The position numbers were made by a program, and so were the translations under genes. DNA of 34,562 nucleotides from Candidatus Woesearchaeota archaeon. GTDB taxonomy: Archaea; Nanobdellota; Nanobdellia; SCGC-AAA011-G17; JACPIM01. The stretch covers positions 1 to 34,562 of the forward strand of contig CBFDDQ010000002.1 of NCBI GenBank assembly GCA_965603615.1, read 5' to 3'. The notes beneath the pieces are model-generated. The model ran no database searches and was not told the origin of the DNA. It saw only the letters and a program-made list of their open reading frames with translations. Of the stretch, positions 23,045 to 30,845 are shown piece by piece (the first letter of the stretch is position 1; the number at the start of each line of letters is the position of its first letter).

Positions 23045-25015
23045 TTATTCCAACTGAGTTTCGCTCCACAAAGTCCAGTCTTTTGAAGGAGCATAATCCC
23101 CAACCAAATAACCTGGGCTTCCAGTTCTTCCAAAATAAGAACCTTCAATATCACTCCATGAAACACCAGCTGTATCTATTTTATAAACAGGTGATGATAA
23201 AGTTCTCCAAGCACCTGTCATAACCTTGAAAGACTGAGCTTCAGGCTGTGCTCCCCATTCAGCTATAAATTTCCCTTTGTAGCCATGCTTCTCCAATTTA
23301 TCAGCCAATTCTTTTATTGGAACATTACCTTCTCCTGGAGCTAGATGCTCATCATAATAACCAAAATTATCACTTACATGAACATGGCCAATTATACCTT
23401 CTTTTTGTAATTTTTCTACCTCATTCCCCATCCATTTTTTAAATCTCTTGTCAGTCTGCTCAGAAGTCTCACCTTTTTCAGCAACAAAGAACTTCTTCCA
23501 GATATTTGCATGACCAACATCAAATGTAGCTTTTACATGCCCATCAGCTATCTTTCTAGCCTCAGACATTGATAAATTTCTGCTTTTATCATCATGTAAG
23601 AGTTTAGCCATCTCCTTTCTAGACTCAACAACTAAAGTCCTCAATTCTTTAGGATGAGAACCAAACTGCTCAGGAAAAACATTTTCAGGAGCAACAAACA
23701 AAGGCTTGTCCAGTTTCATAGTTCTTTCCTTGTCATAAGCATATATACCAGACCTTGCCAAAGCATCTGCTGATTCTTTAACCCCAAACTCTTCCAGAGG
23801 TTTTGCTCTCTCTATTTGTTCCTTTATCCCTCTAATATCTTGAGTAGCACCAGCCACACCCTCCCTAAAATGTTTTCTTTGTTCTTCAAGATAATTTTTT
23901 TGCCTTTTTAAACCTTCTAAATCTGCTTCTATTTTACCTTCCTCTTCTGAGAATTCAATACCATGCCTCATTAAGTCTTTTTTCAATTCTGTAATTTCTC
24001 TTTTTTGCTCCTTCCGTCCTTTTTCAGTTCCAGCTTCCATTTCAGATTCTTTTCTCTTTATATCTTCTTCTATTTTTTTTAGGTTTTCTAGCATTCTATC
24101 AGCACTATTATAATGTTCCAAACTATAACCTTTATTAAACTCTATTTGTTTCATTCTGGATTCATTTTGTTCTCTCCAAGCCCACTGCCCAGGTGTTAAC
24201 TGTTTGTCTTTAGCATGTGTTTTATTCCAAAGTTCTGCTTGCTCTTTAAAATACTCCCATTTTTTCATTTCTACATCAACTTTACCTGTTTTATCTATAA
24301 CAGGTATTCTTTCTTCAAAAATATTTTCAGGTTTTATTTCTTCATCATTTTCATCTAAATAAACATCTCTTCCATCCACTTTTACTGGCTTTCCATTCAC
24401 TTCTTTAACTTTCCAAACAGGAACTGGTATCTCTATATCTTTTCTAAGCTCAGAAATTAATTTCCCAGTACGCTCATCAACCAAATACTCAGGAGCCTTC
24501 TCTTCCTCTTTAGGAAAAGATCTAAATACAGGTTTTTCTTTTCCTTCTACTTTTATCTTTTCAATCTCAGCTATAGGTCTAACAAATTCTCCAGTATGAA
24601 CAACAACAGCCCCACCACCAGCAACATCAGCAGCAAAATCTATAGTCCTATTAATCTCATGAACAGTTTTTTCTTTTACCTCTGGATTAAATGTACCTTG
24701 GTGAAAACCAGAAGTACCCATTATTCCAGAAACTGAAGCATGTGTACTCAAATCAACCTCATTAACCTTAGCCATCTGTCTAATCTCTTCTCTTTCTTCT
24801 TTAGAATGCATTCCAGGTGTTGTTCCACCCTGGCCTAAATTTCCTTTTTCTTTACCCATAAAACCAATTTCAACATTTCTAGCACCCTCAAAAACTCTGG
24901 CTTTTAACTGATCTAACCCTTTCTTAGTTATAGAAGTACTAACACCAATCCTTTCAGGATTTATAGTTCTCATAGAACTTTTTTGATCCAAAGAATGCCA
25001 ATAATCAGTTTCCAT
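23045..25015 (-). CDS. xylose-isomerase-like / AP-endonuclease-2-type TIM-barrel protein split by a ~300-aa charged insertion
   Basis: N-terminal part ARNVEIGF...STHASVSG...GAVVVHTGE. C-terminal part ATFDVGHAN...GHVHVSDNFGYYDEHLAPGEGNVPIKELADKL (the H-x-H-x-x-D-N ... D-x-H-x-x-x-G-x-G pattern of that fold). About residues 150-470 are K/E-rich helices and a beta-rich piece. Confidence 0.6.
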   Translation of the reverse strand: METDYWHSLDQKSSMRTINPERIGVSTSITKKGLDQLKARVFEGARNVEIGFMGKEKGNLGQGGTTPGMHSKEEREEIRQMAKVNEVDLSTHASVSGIMGTSGFHQGTFNPEVKEKTVHEINRTIDFAADVAGGGAVVVHTGEFVRPIAEIEKIKVEGKEKPVFRSFPKEEEKAPEYLVDERTGKLISELRKDIEIPVPVWKVKEVNGKPVKVDGRDVYLDENDEEIKPENIFEERIPVIDKTGKVDVEMKKWEYFKEQAELWNKTHAKDKQLTPGQWAWREQNESRMKQIEFNKGYSLEHYNSADRMLENLKKIEEDIKRKESEMEAGTEKGRKEQKREITELKKDLMRHGIEFSEEEGKIEADLEGLKRQKNYLEEQRKHFREGVAGATQDIRGIKEQIERAKPLEEFGVKESADALARSGIYAYDKERTMKLDKPLFVAPENVFPEQFGSHPKELRTLVVESRKEMAKLLHDDKSRNLSMSEARKIADGHVKATFDVGHANIWKKFFVAEKGETSEQTDKRFKKWMGNEVEKLQKEGIIGHVHVSDNFGYYDEHLAPGEGNVPIKELADKLEKHGYKGKFIAEWGAQPEAQSFKVMTGAWRTLSSPVYKIDTAGVSWSDIEGSYFGRTGSPGYLVGDYAPSKDWTLWSETQLE

Positions 25016-25047
25016 TATATAAACATATCATCCTAGCTTTAAATAAT

Positions 25048-26493
25048 TTACCAAGCCATCAAGCCATGAGCTTTCTTAAAAATATCATAAGCTAAAAAAG
25101 CTAATTTTTTTGCTGCATCTTGTGCTGCTTTTTTTTCAACTCTTTCCTGAGCCTTGCTTATACTAATCTCCCCTTCTTCTTTAACTTCACTTTTAATTCT
25201 AAAAGCTCCAAAGATTTCCTTAAAACCTCTAAATACCTCACCAAAAGGACTTATTTTTTCCTCTTCTTTTTTCTCCTTCTCCTCAATAATCTCCCCAGCT
25301 TCTTTCAAATAACCTCTAAACTCCTCTCCCAAAGCTTCCATTGATTCAAACACAGAATTAATTACTTCCAAATCTTCTTTCTCCTGCTCATTTTGGTACT
25401 TCTTAATATCTTCTTCACTCACAACAACACCTTTGAATAAAATCTCTGTTGTACCAGCATGTATAGCTCCCTTCTGATACTCCTGCTGATAAGCCATCAT
25501 TGGTATAGCAGTAAATTTCAAGCTAACCCACACACCTGGCATATATTTTTTAAATTCCTTGGAAATTTCATATCCTTCTGGCGTAGTCTCCTGATAAGTT
25601 CTTTTTACACCTATAATTTCTAAATCAATTCTTGAAGTGTCAAATGCCTTAGCTAAAGCAGCATCTGTAGTCTCACCCTGCATTTGCAATTCTCGAACAT
25701 TTCTCAAATAAGGTCTCAGCCAGTTCATATATAATTTAATTGTATTATAATGCTGTCTTAAATATTTCAAAACAAAACCCTCTCTGCTTGTTAATTCATC
25801 ATAAGTTTTTTCCTTCCAGACTAAATACTGTTTTAATTTTCTGCCCAAAACCTCTATAATCTTTGGACCTATACCCAAACTTTTCTTTATTTTTTTAAGC
25901 TCACTATCTATATCATCAGATTTCTTTGGAAAAACTCTGAAAAACAAATCAGGTAAAGTAGCAAAACCAACTTGTGTTGATAAACCATAAACAGAACCAG
26001 GATTTTTAGCTCCACCTTCTACCATATCAATCCATGTTCCTTTCAAAGCAATATCAGCTGACAAATCACCTTTTGCAGAACTATTATAAAAAGTCAATCT
26101 TTCTTTAATTATTCTTATCTCACGAACAATTTGAAAAGTATCTTTAACCATCTTCCCAACAGAAGCCAGCATATTCATAGCTTTTTCCTGCTGAACACCT
26201 TTCCTCTGCTCTACTGCACCCCAATAAGAAGAAGCCACACTAGCTGTATATATATCCTTCAACTTTACAACCTTTCCCTCTTTACCAGACATGCCCAAGC
26301 CAAAATGTCCAGGCTTTTTCAAAAAATCAAGAATCCAGTAATAATGAGGTTCAACATTAGCCTGCATAGAATCCATATGTAATTCATACTTGGATTTCAA
26401 GCCTTCAACATCAGGAGATTTTACAACAAATTTCTCAAAACTGAACTTTTCCTCTTTTTTTTCCTCTAACATATAATTAAAATATAATTTCAA
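25048..26493 (-). CDS. hypothetical 474-481-aa protein, unknown family
   Basis: Long uninterrupted ORF with 32-nt spacing to the downstream TIM-barrel gene. The track start is TTG (26493); the first ATG is at 26472. Acidic C-terminal region followed by a possible amphipathic terminal helix. Confidence 0.6.
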   Translation of the reverse strand: MKLYFNYMLEEKKEEKFSFEKFVVKSPDVEGLKSKYELHMDSMQANVEPHYYWILDFLKKPGHFGLGMSGKEGKVVKLKDIYTASVASSYWGAVEQRKGVQQEKAMNMLASVGKMVKDTFQIVREIRIIKERLTFYNSSAKGDLSADIALKGTWIDMVEGGAKNPGSVYGLSTQVGFATLPDLFFRVFPKKSDDIDSELKKIKKSLGIGPKIIEVLGRKLKQYLVWKEKTYDELTSREGFVLKYLRQHYNTIKLYMNWLRPYLRNVRELQMQGETTDAALAKAFDTSRIDLEIIGVKRTYQETTPEGYEISKEFKKYMPGVWVSLKFTAIPMMAYQQEYQKGAIHAGTTEILFKGVVVSEEDIKKYQNEQEKEDLEVINSVFESMEALGEEFRGYLKEAGEIIEEKEKKEEEKISPFGEVFRGFKEIFGAFRIKSEVKEEGEISISKAQERVEKKAAQDAAKKLAFLAYDIFKKAHGLMAW

Positions 26494-26516
26494 ATATTTT
26501 AAACCTTTTGGTAAAA

Positions 26517-26936
26517 TTAAAGAACTTCTTCCAATTTAAATTCAACATGTTTATCATGATGACCTTGCTGTTGTATCTCTCTAACTGTTTGTTCTCTTAG
26601 AGCATCTAAATCTTGATTAGTTAAATCTAAATTTACATATGCATTAGTTCTTGCCCTGTAAGCTCCATTTTCTGTATTTCCAGTTATAAGAATTTTTCTT
26701 GCTTCTGGATTTTCAAACAATAACTCTGAATAAATTAATCTTATTTGTGGATTTTCTGGTAAATTTGCTTCTTTATAAAAACCATTACTTAATAGAAGTT
26801 GTGTAAATTCTTTAACTTTTTCTTTTAATGTCTTATAATCTTGGGCTTCTGTTGCTCCGCCAATCTTTTCATGTACAGGCGAAGCTAGATACCAGCCATC
26901 TTCTTGCTTCCTAACCTTAAAAACTAATTCTTTCAT
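26517..26936 (-). CDS. HicB-like (UPF0150 fold) protein without recognisable DNA-binding tail
   Basis: N-terminus FKVRKQEDGWYLASPVHEKIGGATEAQDYKTLKEKVKEF fits the HicB pattern (eedG.y.a.vP...G..tqG.t.eEa). 139 aa, 30 nt downstream of the HicA-like gene. Confidence 0.45.
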   Translation of the reverse strand: MKELVFKVRKQEDGWYLASPVHEKIGGATEAQDYKTLKEKVKEFTQLLLSNGFYKEANLPENPQIRLIYSELLFENPEARKILITGNTENGAYRARTNAYVNLDLTNQDLDALREQTVREIQQQGHHDKHVEFKLEEVL

Positions 26937-26966
26937 TTTTGAGTGTATACAAGGGGTAAACTTCCT

Positions 26967-27338
26967 TTATAAATGTTCCTCCTCAAATTTTTGTTTATAT
27001 TTCCTGTAAAGTTTACCGCTTCCTTTGAAATAAATCTCTAATTGCTCACAAGGGATTTTAGTAGCCTGTGAAATATCTTTCATTGCTCTGTCAAATACTC
27101 CAGAGGATACTTCATCCTCATGACCTTTTTGTCTTGGTGACCAGCCTACTCTCATTTCTCCTACATTTATTACTCTATGGCTTCCTTCTTGATGAATTAT
27201 ATCATTACCATATGTTCTCGCTATTCTTTTTACCTTTGTTTCAAAATCATTTAATGATATAAATTGAGGTAATATTTTTCCCCAGCTTTTTTCTGCTTGT
27301 TCTGTTAATTCTTCTAAACTTTTTTCTTTTTTATTCAT
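26967..27338 (-). CDS. HicA-like protein with ~45-aa N-terminal extension
   Basis: HQEGSHRVINVGEMRVGWSPRQKGHEDEVSSGVFDRAMKDI resembles the HicA core (GSH...~20 aa...H....g....i.k). 123 aa. Confidence 0.45.
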   Translation of the reverse strand: MNKKEKSLEELTEQAEKSWGKILPQFISLNDFETKVKRIARTYGNDIIHQEGSHRVINVGEMRVGWSPRQKGHEDEVSSGVFDRAMKDISQATKIPCEQLEIYFKGSGKLYRKYKQKFEEEHL

Positions 27339-27400
27339 CTAAATTAATGAAAATTTATAAGTTTATAAAGATATTTCTATTACAAAAGCTAAATTTTATT

Positions 27401-28123
27401 TTAAACCTTAGCAACCTTCCACAACAATTCAAACAACTTCCTCTCAGTATCAACTATTTGTTTATTCTCTATTATAATACCAATAGAATTCTCCTTCTCA
27501 AAAGTTAGTATAGCTAATTTATTTCCATAGATTATTTTTGTAGTAGGTAATTTCTCATCTATGAATTTTATATTTACATATTTTTTAGGATTGTTTCTCT
27601 TATAACCTCTCATTCTCTTGCAGTCTAAAGTTATCACTTTTGAGAACATTCCTTGTTTTCTTTTCTTTTTTATGAAGTGCGGGAAATAGAAAGGGATAGC
27701 ATCCATGAAATCAGGATCTGCTATAAACCAGGATTCTTTATTTTCTTTTAGAATATCTTCTATTATAGTTTTTAATCCTTTAATTCCCTCATATACTTCT
27801 ATAGAAGGCTTCTCTTTTACAGATTGCTTTAAAGCTTCTAAATCTGGCAGTATAGACTTTAATTTAGCTTGTTTTTCTTGTAAATCTCCAAGTAATTTTC
27901 TAGGCTCTGCTGATTCAAAATATTTAACTCCTGACTTAATCACATAGGAAACAAGACCTTTTTCCTGTAAATACTTCAAAACATCATAACAGGTAACTCT
28001 ATTCAAATTAGCCTTCTTAGCTATTAAATTCACTGTGGACTGCCCTAGTTTTAACAGAGTTAGATATATCTTAATTTCCTTGTCTGAGAGTCCTAATTCC
28101 TTCAATATTTCTTTTATTGGCAT
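27401..28123 (-). CDS. TrmB-family transcriptional regulator
   Basis: N-terminal wHTH LGLSDKEIKIYLTLLKLGQSTVNLIAKKANLNRVTCYDVLKYLQEKGLVSYV, followed by a coiled linker and a TrmB-type C-terminal domain. 240 aa. Confidence 0.8.
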   Translation of the reverse strand: MPIKEILKELGLSDKEIKIYLTLLKLGQSTVNLIAKKANLNRVTCYDVLKYLQEKGLVSYVIKSGVKYFESAEPRKLLGDLQEKQAKLKSILPDLEALKQSVKEKPSIEVYEGIKGLKTIIEDILKENKESWFIADPDFMDAIPFYFPHFIKKKRKQGMFSKVITLDCKRMRGYKRNNPKKYVNIKFIDEKLPTTKIIYGNKLAILTFEKENSIGIIIENKQIVDTERKLFELLWKVAKV

Positions 28124-28160
28124 AAGATTAGTTTGTTTTTCTTGTATTTAAAGTTTATTA

Positions 28161-28217
28161 TTGTAGTAGAATTTCTACAACATATCTTTAAGAATACCCT
28201 TGTCTAACTATGTAGTA
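28161..28217. promoter_or_regulatory. candidate operator in the TrmB / cassette divergent control region
   Basis: Inverted repeat TTGTAG(28161-28166)-N8-CTACAA(28175-28180) plus a third half-site TGTAGTA at 28211-28217, inside the 144-nt divergent gap. Confidence 0.35.
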
Positions 28218-28267
28218 ATGAAAAGTCAATACCTCTAGACTTAAAATGAGGTAGGAAAAATATTAAG

Positions 28268-28711
28268 ATGAATAATAATAGATATGCAATAATGGCTGAA
28301 AGAATACCTGGGTTAGAAGAAGCTATAGATAGATCTTGTAGAAATGGTAGAATTAGTTTAGTAGATTTAAGAGTTATGCCTGAAGAACAAGTTGCTGTAT
28401 ATATAATTGATAGGTTAGCTACAAATCAAGACCGTTCAACTAGAATCTATGCTTTTAGAAGAGGAAGAGAAGGAGTAAGAGAAGCTTCTACTGATTGGTT
28501 TACATATCTTAATACTTCCCAACGTTTTTCCCAAGAAGGTGGTGTTAGACCTAGTTTACGGTATTCATATATAGTAAATATAGAAGTTGGGGAAAGGAGA
28601 ATTACAAGATATTTAGGTTTAGAAGGTTTAGAAGTTGAGAGAAGAAGAATTAGAGCTAGAGTTACAGCAATGAATGGTCAGGGTATAGAAACTTTTGAAT
28701 TTGATATTTAA
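28268..28711 (+). CDS. hypothetical protein, lysine-free (24 Arg, 0 Lys in 147 aa)
   Basis: ATG-to-TAA ORF with GAGGT upstream. I read every codon and found no AAA/AAG in frame. No family recognised. Confidence 0.6.
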   Translation: MNNNRYAIMAERIPGLEEAIDRSCRNGRISLVDLRVMPEEQVAVYIIDRLATNQDRSTRIYAFRRGREGVREASTDWFTYLNTSQRFSQEGGVRPSLRYSYIVNIEVGERRITRYLGLEGLEVERRRIRARVTAMNGQGIETFEFDI

Positions 28712-28712
28712 A

Positions 28713-29189
28713 ATGGAAAATATAAGAGAACAAATTGAAAGAGAATTTAGAGAGAGAGAAGAAGATTCTATTGAAACAGAAAGAATATTTAGAAAAAGTG
28801 ATCCAAATTATACACGACCAGATGAACTTGAATTATTTGTTGGATATTTTAATAATTTTTGTGAACTATTACCTGGTGCATCTAGAAGAAATAGGGTTCT
28901 AACAAATGGAAATCTAGATGAACTAGATGAAGTATGTGGAAATGGCTCTATACATGCAATAAGTGAAAGAAGAGCAAGAATGACTCCTAGAGAATTTTAT
29001 CAAGATGTTGATAATGCAATTACTGAGATTGGCCTAGATCTAAATGAACTTGAAAGACTTTATACATTTACTAATGCTGAAAATGGAAAGGAGAGATTTG
29101 AAGGTTTTAGAAATCTTTACCAATATACATCTTCTCTTTATGAAATATTAAGAGAAAGAGGTTATAGTAAGAGAGATTTAACTTCTTAA
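28713..29189 (+). CDS. hypothetical protein, lysine-poor (20 Arg, 3 Lys in 158 aa), paralogue of the next ORF
   Basis: The ATG at 28713 lies 1 nt after the upstream stop (the track used TTG at 28695). The C-terminal tail LYEILRERGYSKRDLTS matches VYERMLERGYTRGDLCG of ORF 29203. Confidence 0.6.
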   Translation: MENIREQIEREFREREEDSIETERIFRKSDPNYTRPDELELFVGYFNNFCELLPGASRRNRVLTNGNLDELDEVCGNGSIHAISERRARMTPREFYQDVDNAITEIGLDLNELERLYTFTNAENGKERFEGFRNLYQYTSSLYEILRERGYSKRDLTS

Positions 29190-29202
29190 TGAGAGAAATA
29201 AA

Positions 29203-29574
29203 ATGGAAAACGAATTTAATAATTTTCACTGTTGGTTTCCAGGAGGAGCTTATAGAGCTAATTGGCAATTTCCTGAAGGAAAAGATCCAAGAATAATTGA
29301 AAATTTGGATGCTGTTTTAGAAGAAACAGGTTTTGATATTGATAGGTATCAAACTTTAGATGAGAGATTTAGAGTTCTTGATAATGAAGTAACAACTATA
29401 TTATTTAAAAAAGCTAGAAAAGAAAATAGAGAACCAACACAAGATGAACAAAGGAGATTACAAGAGATAGAGGAAGAATGGAATCCACTTGTTGAACAAA
29501 TACATGATACAATAAGACCTGTTTATGAAAGAATGTTAGAAAGAGGGTATACTCGTGGTGACTTGTGTGGATAA
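29203..29574 (+). CDS. hypothetical protein, lysine-poor (13 Arg, 4 Lys in 123 aa)
   Basis: Starts MEN- like the previous ORF. Shares the DA[IV].E..G[LF]D[LI] motif and the ERGY[ST][KR].DL tail. Confidence 0.6.
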   Translation: MENEFNNFHCWFPGGAYRANWQFPEGKDPRIIENLDAVLEETGFDIDRYQTLDERFRVLDNEVTTILFKKARKENREPTQDEQRRLQEIEEEWNPLVEQIHDTIRPVYERMLERGYTRGDLCG

Positions 29575-29643
29575 ATTTATGAATTACTTTAACGAAAGAA
29601 TTTAAAAGAATAAAAATCTTTAGATTAAATAAAAGAGGTTGAG

Positions 29644-30186
29644 ATGAAAATAACAATAGAAACTAAGAAAAATAAGAATCTCTCAAAGGCAGAAAAAGAT
29701 TTAATTAATAAGCATAGAATCAAGGAATTTGGGAAAAGTGAAGCTAAAGACTTCAAAAAGAATTATGAGCCAAATACAGAATGGTTTTTTGTTAAGGAAG
29801 ATGGCAGGATTGTTTCTTTACTTGGATTAAGGCCAATAAAAGTGAAATACCTTGGGAAAACATATAATATTGGAGGAATATGCAGTTTGATTTCTATTAA
29901 AAAGAAATTAGGTTATGGAAGAATTTTGATTAGGAATTTATTGACTTATTTAAGAAAAACAAAGAAATCTGCTTTAGGTTTCACACACCTGACAGAGTTT
30001 TGCAGAAAAGTAGGGCTTGGGACTAAAAAAGATTTCATCAAGAGGTTTGTTTATATTAATCCTAAGACTGGAGAAAAGGTAATTGATGAAGATGGAGATG
30101 GAGTTTATTACAATGGTAAAGATAACTTAATCAAGAAAATGCTTTCAACTAAAAGAACTGCTTACATAGAGGTAATACACTGGTGA
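29644..30186 (+). CDS. GNAT-family N-acetyltransferase
   Basis: 180 aa. Acetyl-CoA motif A-like KKKLGYGRILIRNLLTYL after a beta-strand core. Lys-rich (32 K, 9 R). Confidence 0.6.
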   Translation: MKITIETKKNKNLSKAEKDLINKHRIKEFGKSEAKDFKKNYEPNTEWFFVKEDGRIVSLLGLRPIKVKYLGKTYNIGGICSLISIKKKLGYGRILIRNLLTYLRKTKKSALGFTHLTEFCRKVGLGTKKDFIKRFVYINPKTGEKVIDEDGDGVYYNGKDNLIKKMLSTKRTAYIEVIHW

Positions 30187-30188
30187 GA

Positions 30189-30689
30189 ATGAAAATACAA
30201 ATCAGAAAAACAAAGATGTCTGATGCAAAAGACTTGCATAAAGCAATTAATGATAAAGATATAATAAATCAACTTGGAGGTTATCCTTATCCCTGTCCGC
30301 TAAGCAAGATTAAAAAAGATATTTCTAAGGGTTTGCAAGATTGGAAGAAAAGGAAAGCATATCCTTTTACAATATTGGTAGATGGAAAAATCGCAGGACA
30401 AGTCATTTTAGAAAATCCTGATAAGAACAAGACACATTATGAGATTGGCTACTTTGTAGGCAAGGATTATTGGAAAAAAGGCATAACAACAAGAGCTGTT
30501 AAAGAAGCGGTGAAATTTGGTTTTGATAAACTAAAACTAAAGAGAATTTGGGGAGACAATGATTCTGATAATCCTGCTTCTGGCAAAGTTATGAAGAAAG
30601 CTGGATTTAAGTTAGAAGGGAGATTAAGAAAGCATGCTTTCAAAAATGGGAAACATTATGATGTTTTGATTTGGGGAAAGGTGAGATGA
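30189..30689 (+). CDS. GNAT-family N-acetyltransferase (RimJ/RimL-like)
   Basis: GYFVGKDYWKKGITTRAVKEAVKFGFDKLKLKRIWG...NPASGKVMKKAGFKLEG is typical of the Acetyltransf_3 type. The ATG is 3 nt after the upstream stop (the track used GTG at 30183). Confidence 0.75.
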   Translation: MKIQIRKTKMSDAKDLHKAINDKDIINQLGGYPYPCPLSKIKKDISKGLQDWKKRKAYPFTILVDGKIAGQVILENPDKNKTHYEIGYFVGKDYWKKGITTRAVKEAVKFGFDKLKLKRIWGDNDSDNPASGKVMKKAGFKLEGRLRKHAFKNGKHYDVLIWGKVR

Positions 30690-30844
30690 AAAAGAAACCA
30701 AATTGGAAAGTTGTGATATTTTCGTTAATTGCTATAGTATGTTTGGTTTTAGTTTTTGTAGTTAACTGGCTGTTCATCATCCCAGCTGTGATTTTACTCA
30801 TTTTAAACCAGAAAGAGCTGATGAAAGACAGGAGAAAAAACTGA
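30686..30844 (+). CDS. possible 52-aa 2-TM peptide (not in the track)
   Basis: Hand translation: MKKKPNWKVVIFSLIAIVCLVLVFVVNWLFIIPAVILLILNQKELMKDRRKN. ATGA overlap with the GNAT stop, and it ends 1 nt before the next ATG. Confidence 0.4.
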   Translation: MKKKPNWKVVIFSLIAIVCLVLVFVVNWLFIIPAVILLILNQKELMKDRRKN

Positions 30845-30845
30845 A

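Noticed and set aside
23002-23166. Long form (86 aa) of ORF 22906..23166
   Set aside because: Its first 55 codons overlap the 3' end of the TIM-barrel gene in another frame. The internal Met at 23001 has the conserved GAGGT leader and gives a clean single-TM peptide.
28268-29574. Arg-rich, Lys-poor composition explained as recent transfer from a GC-rich donor
   Set aside because: The DNA is as AT-rich as its surroundings, and Arg is encoded by AGA/AGG rather than CGN. Simple compositional carry-over therefore does not explain the bias.
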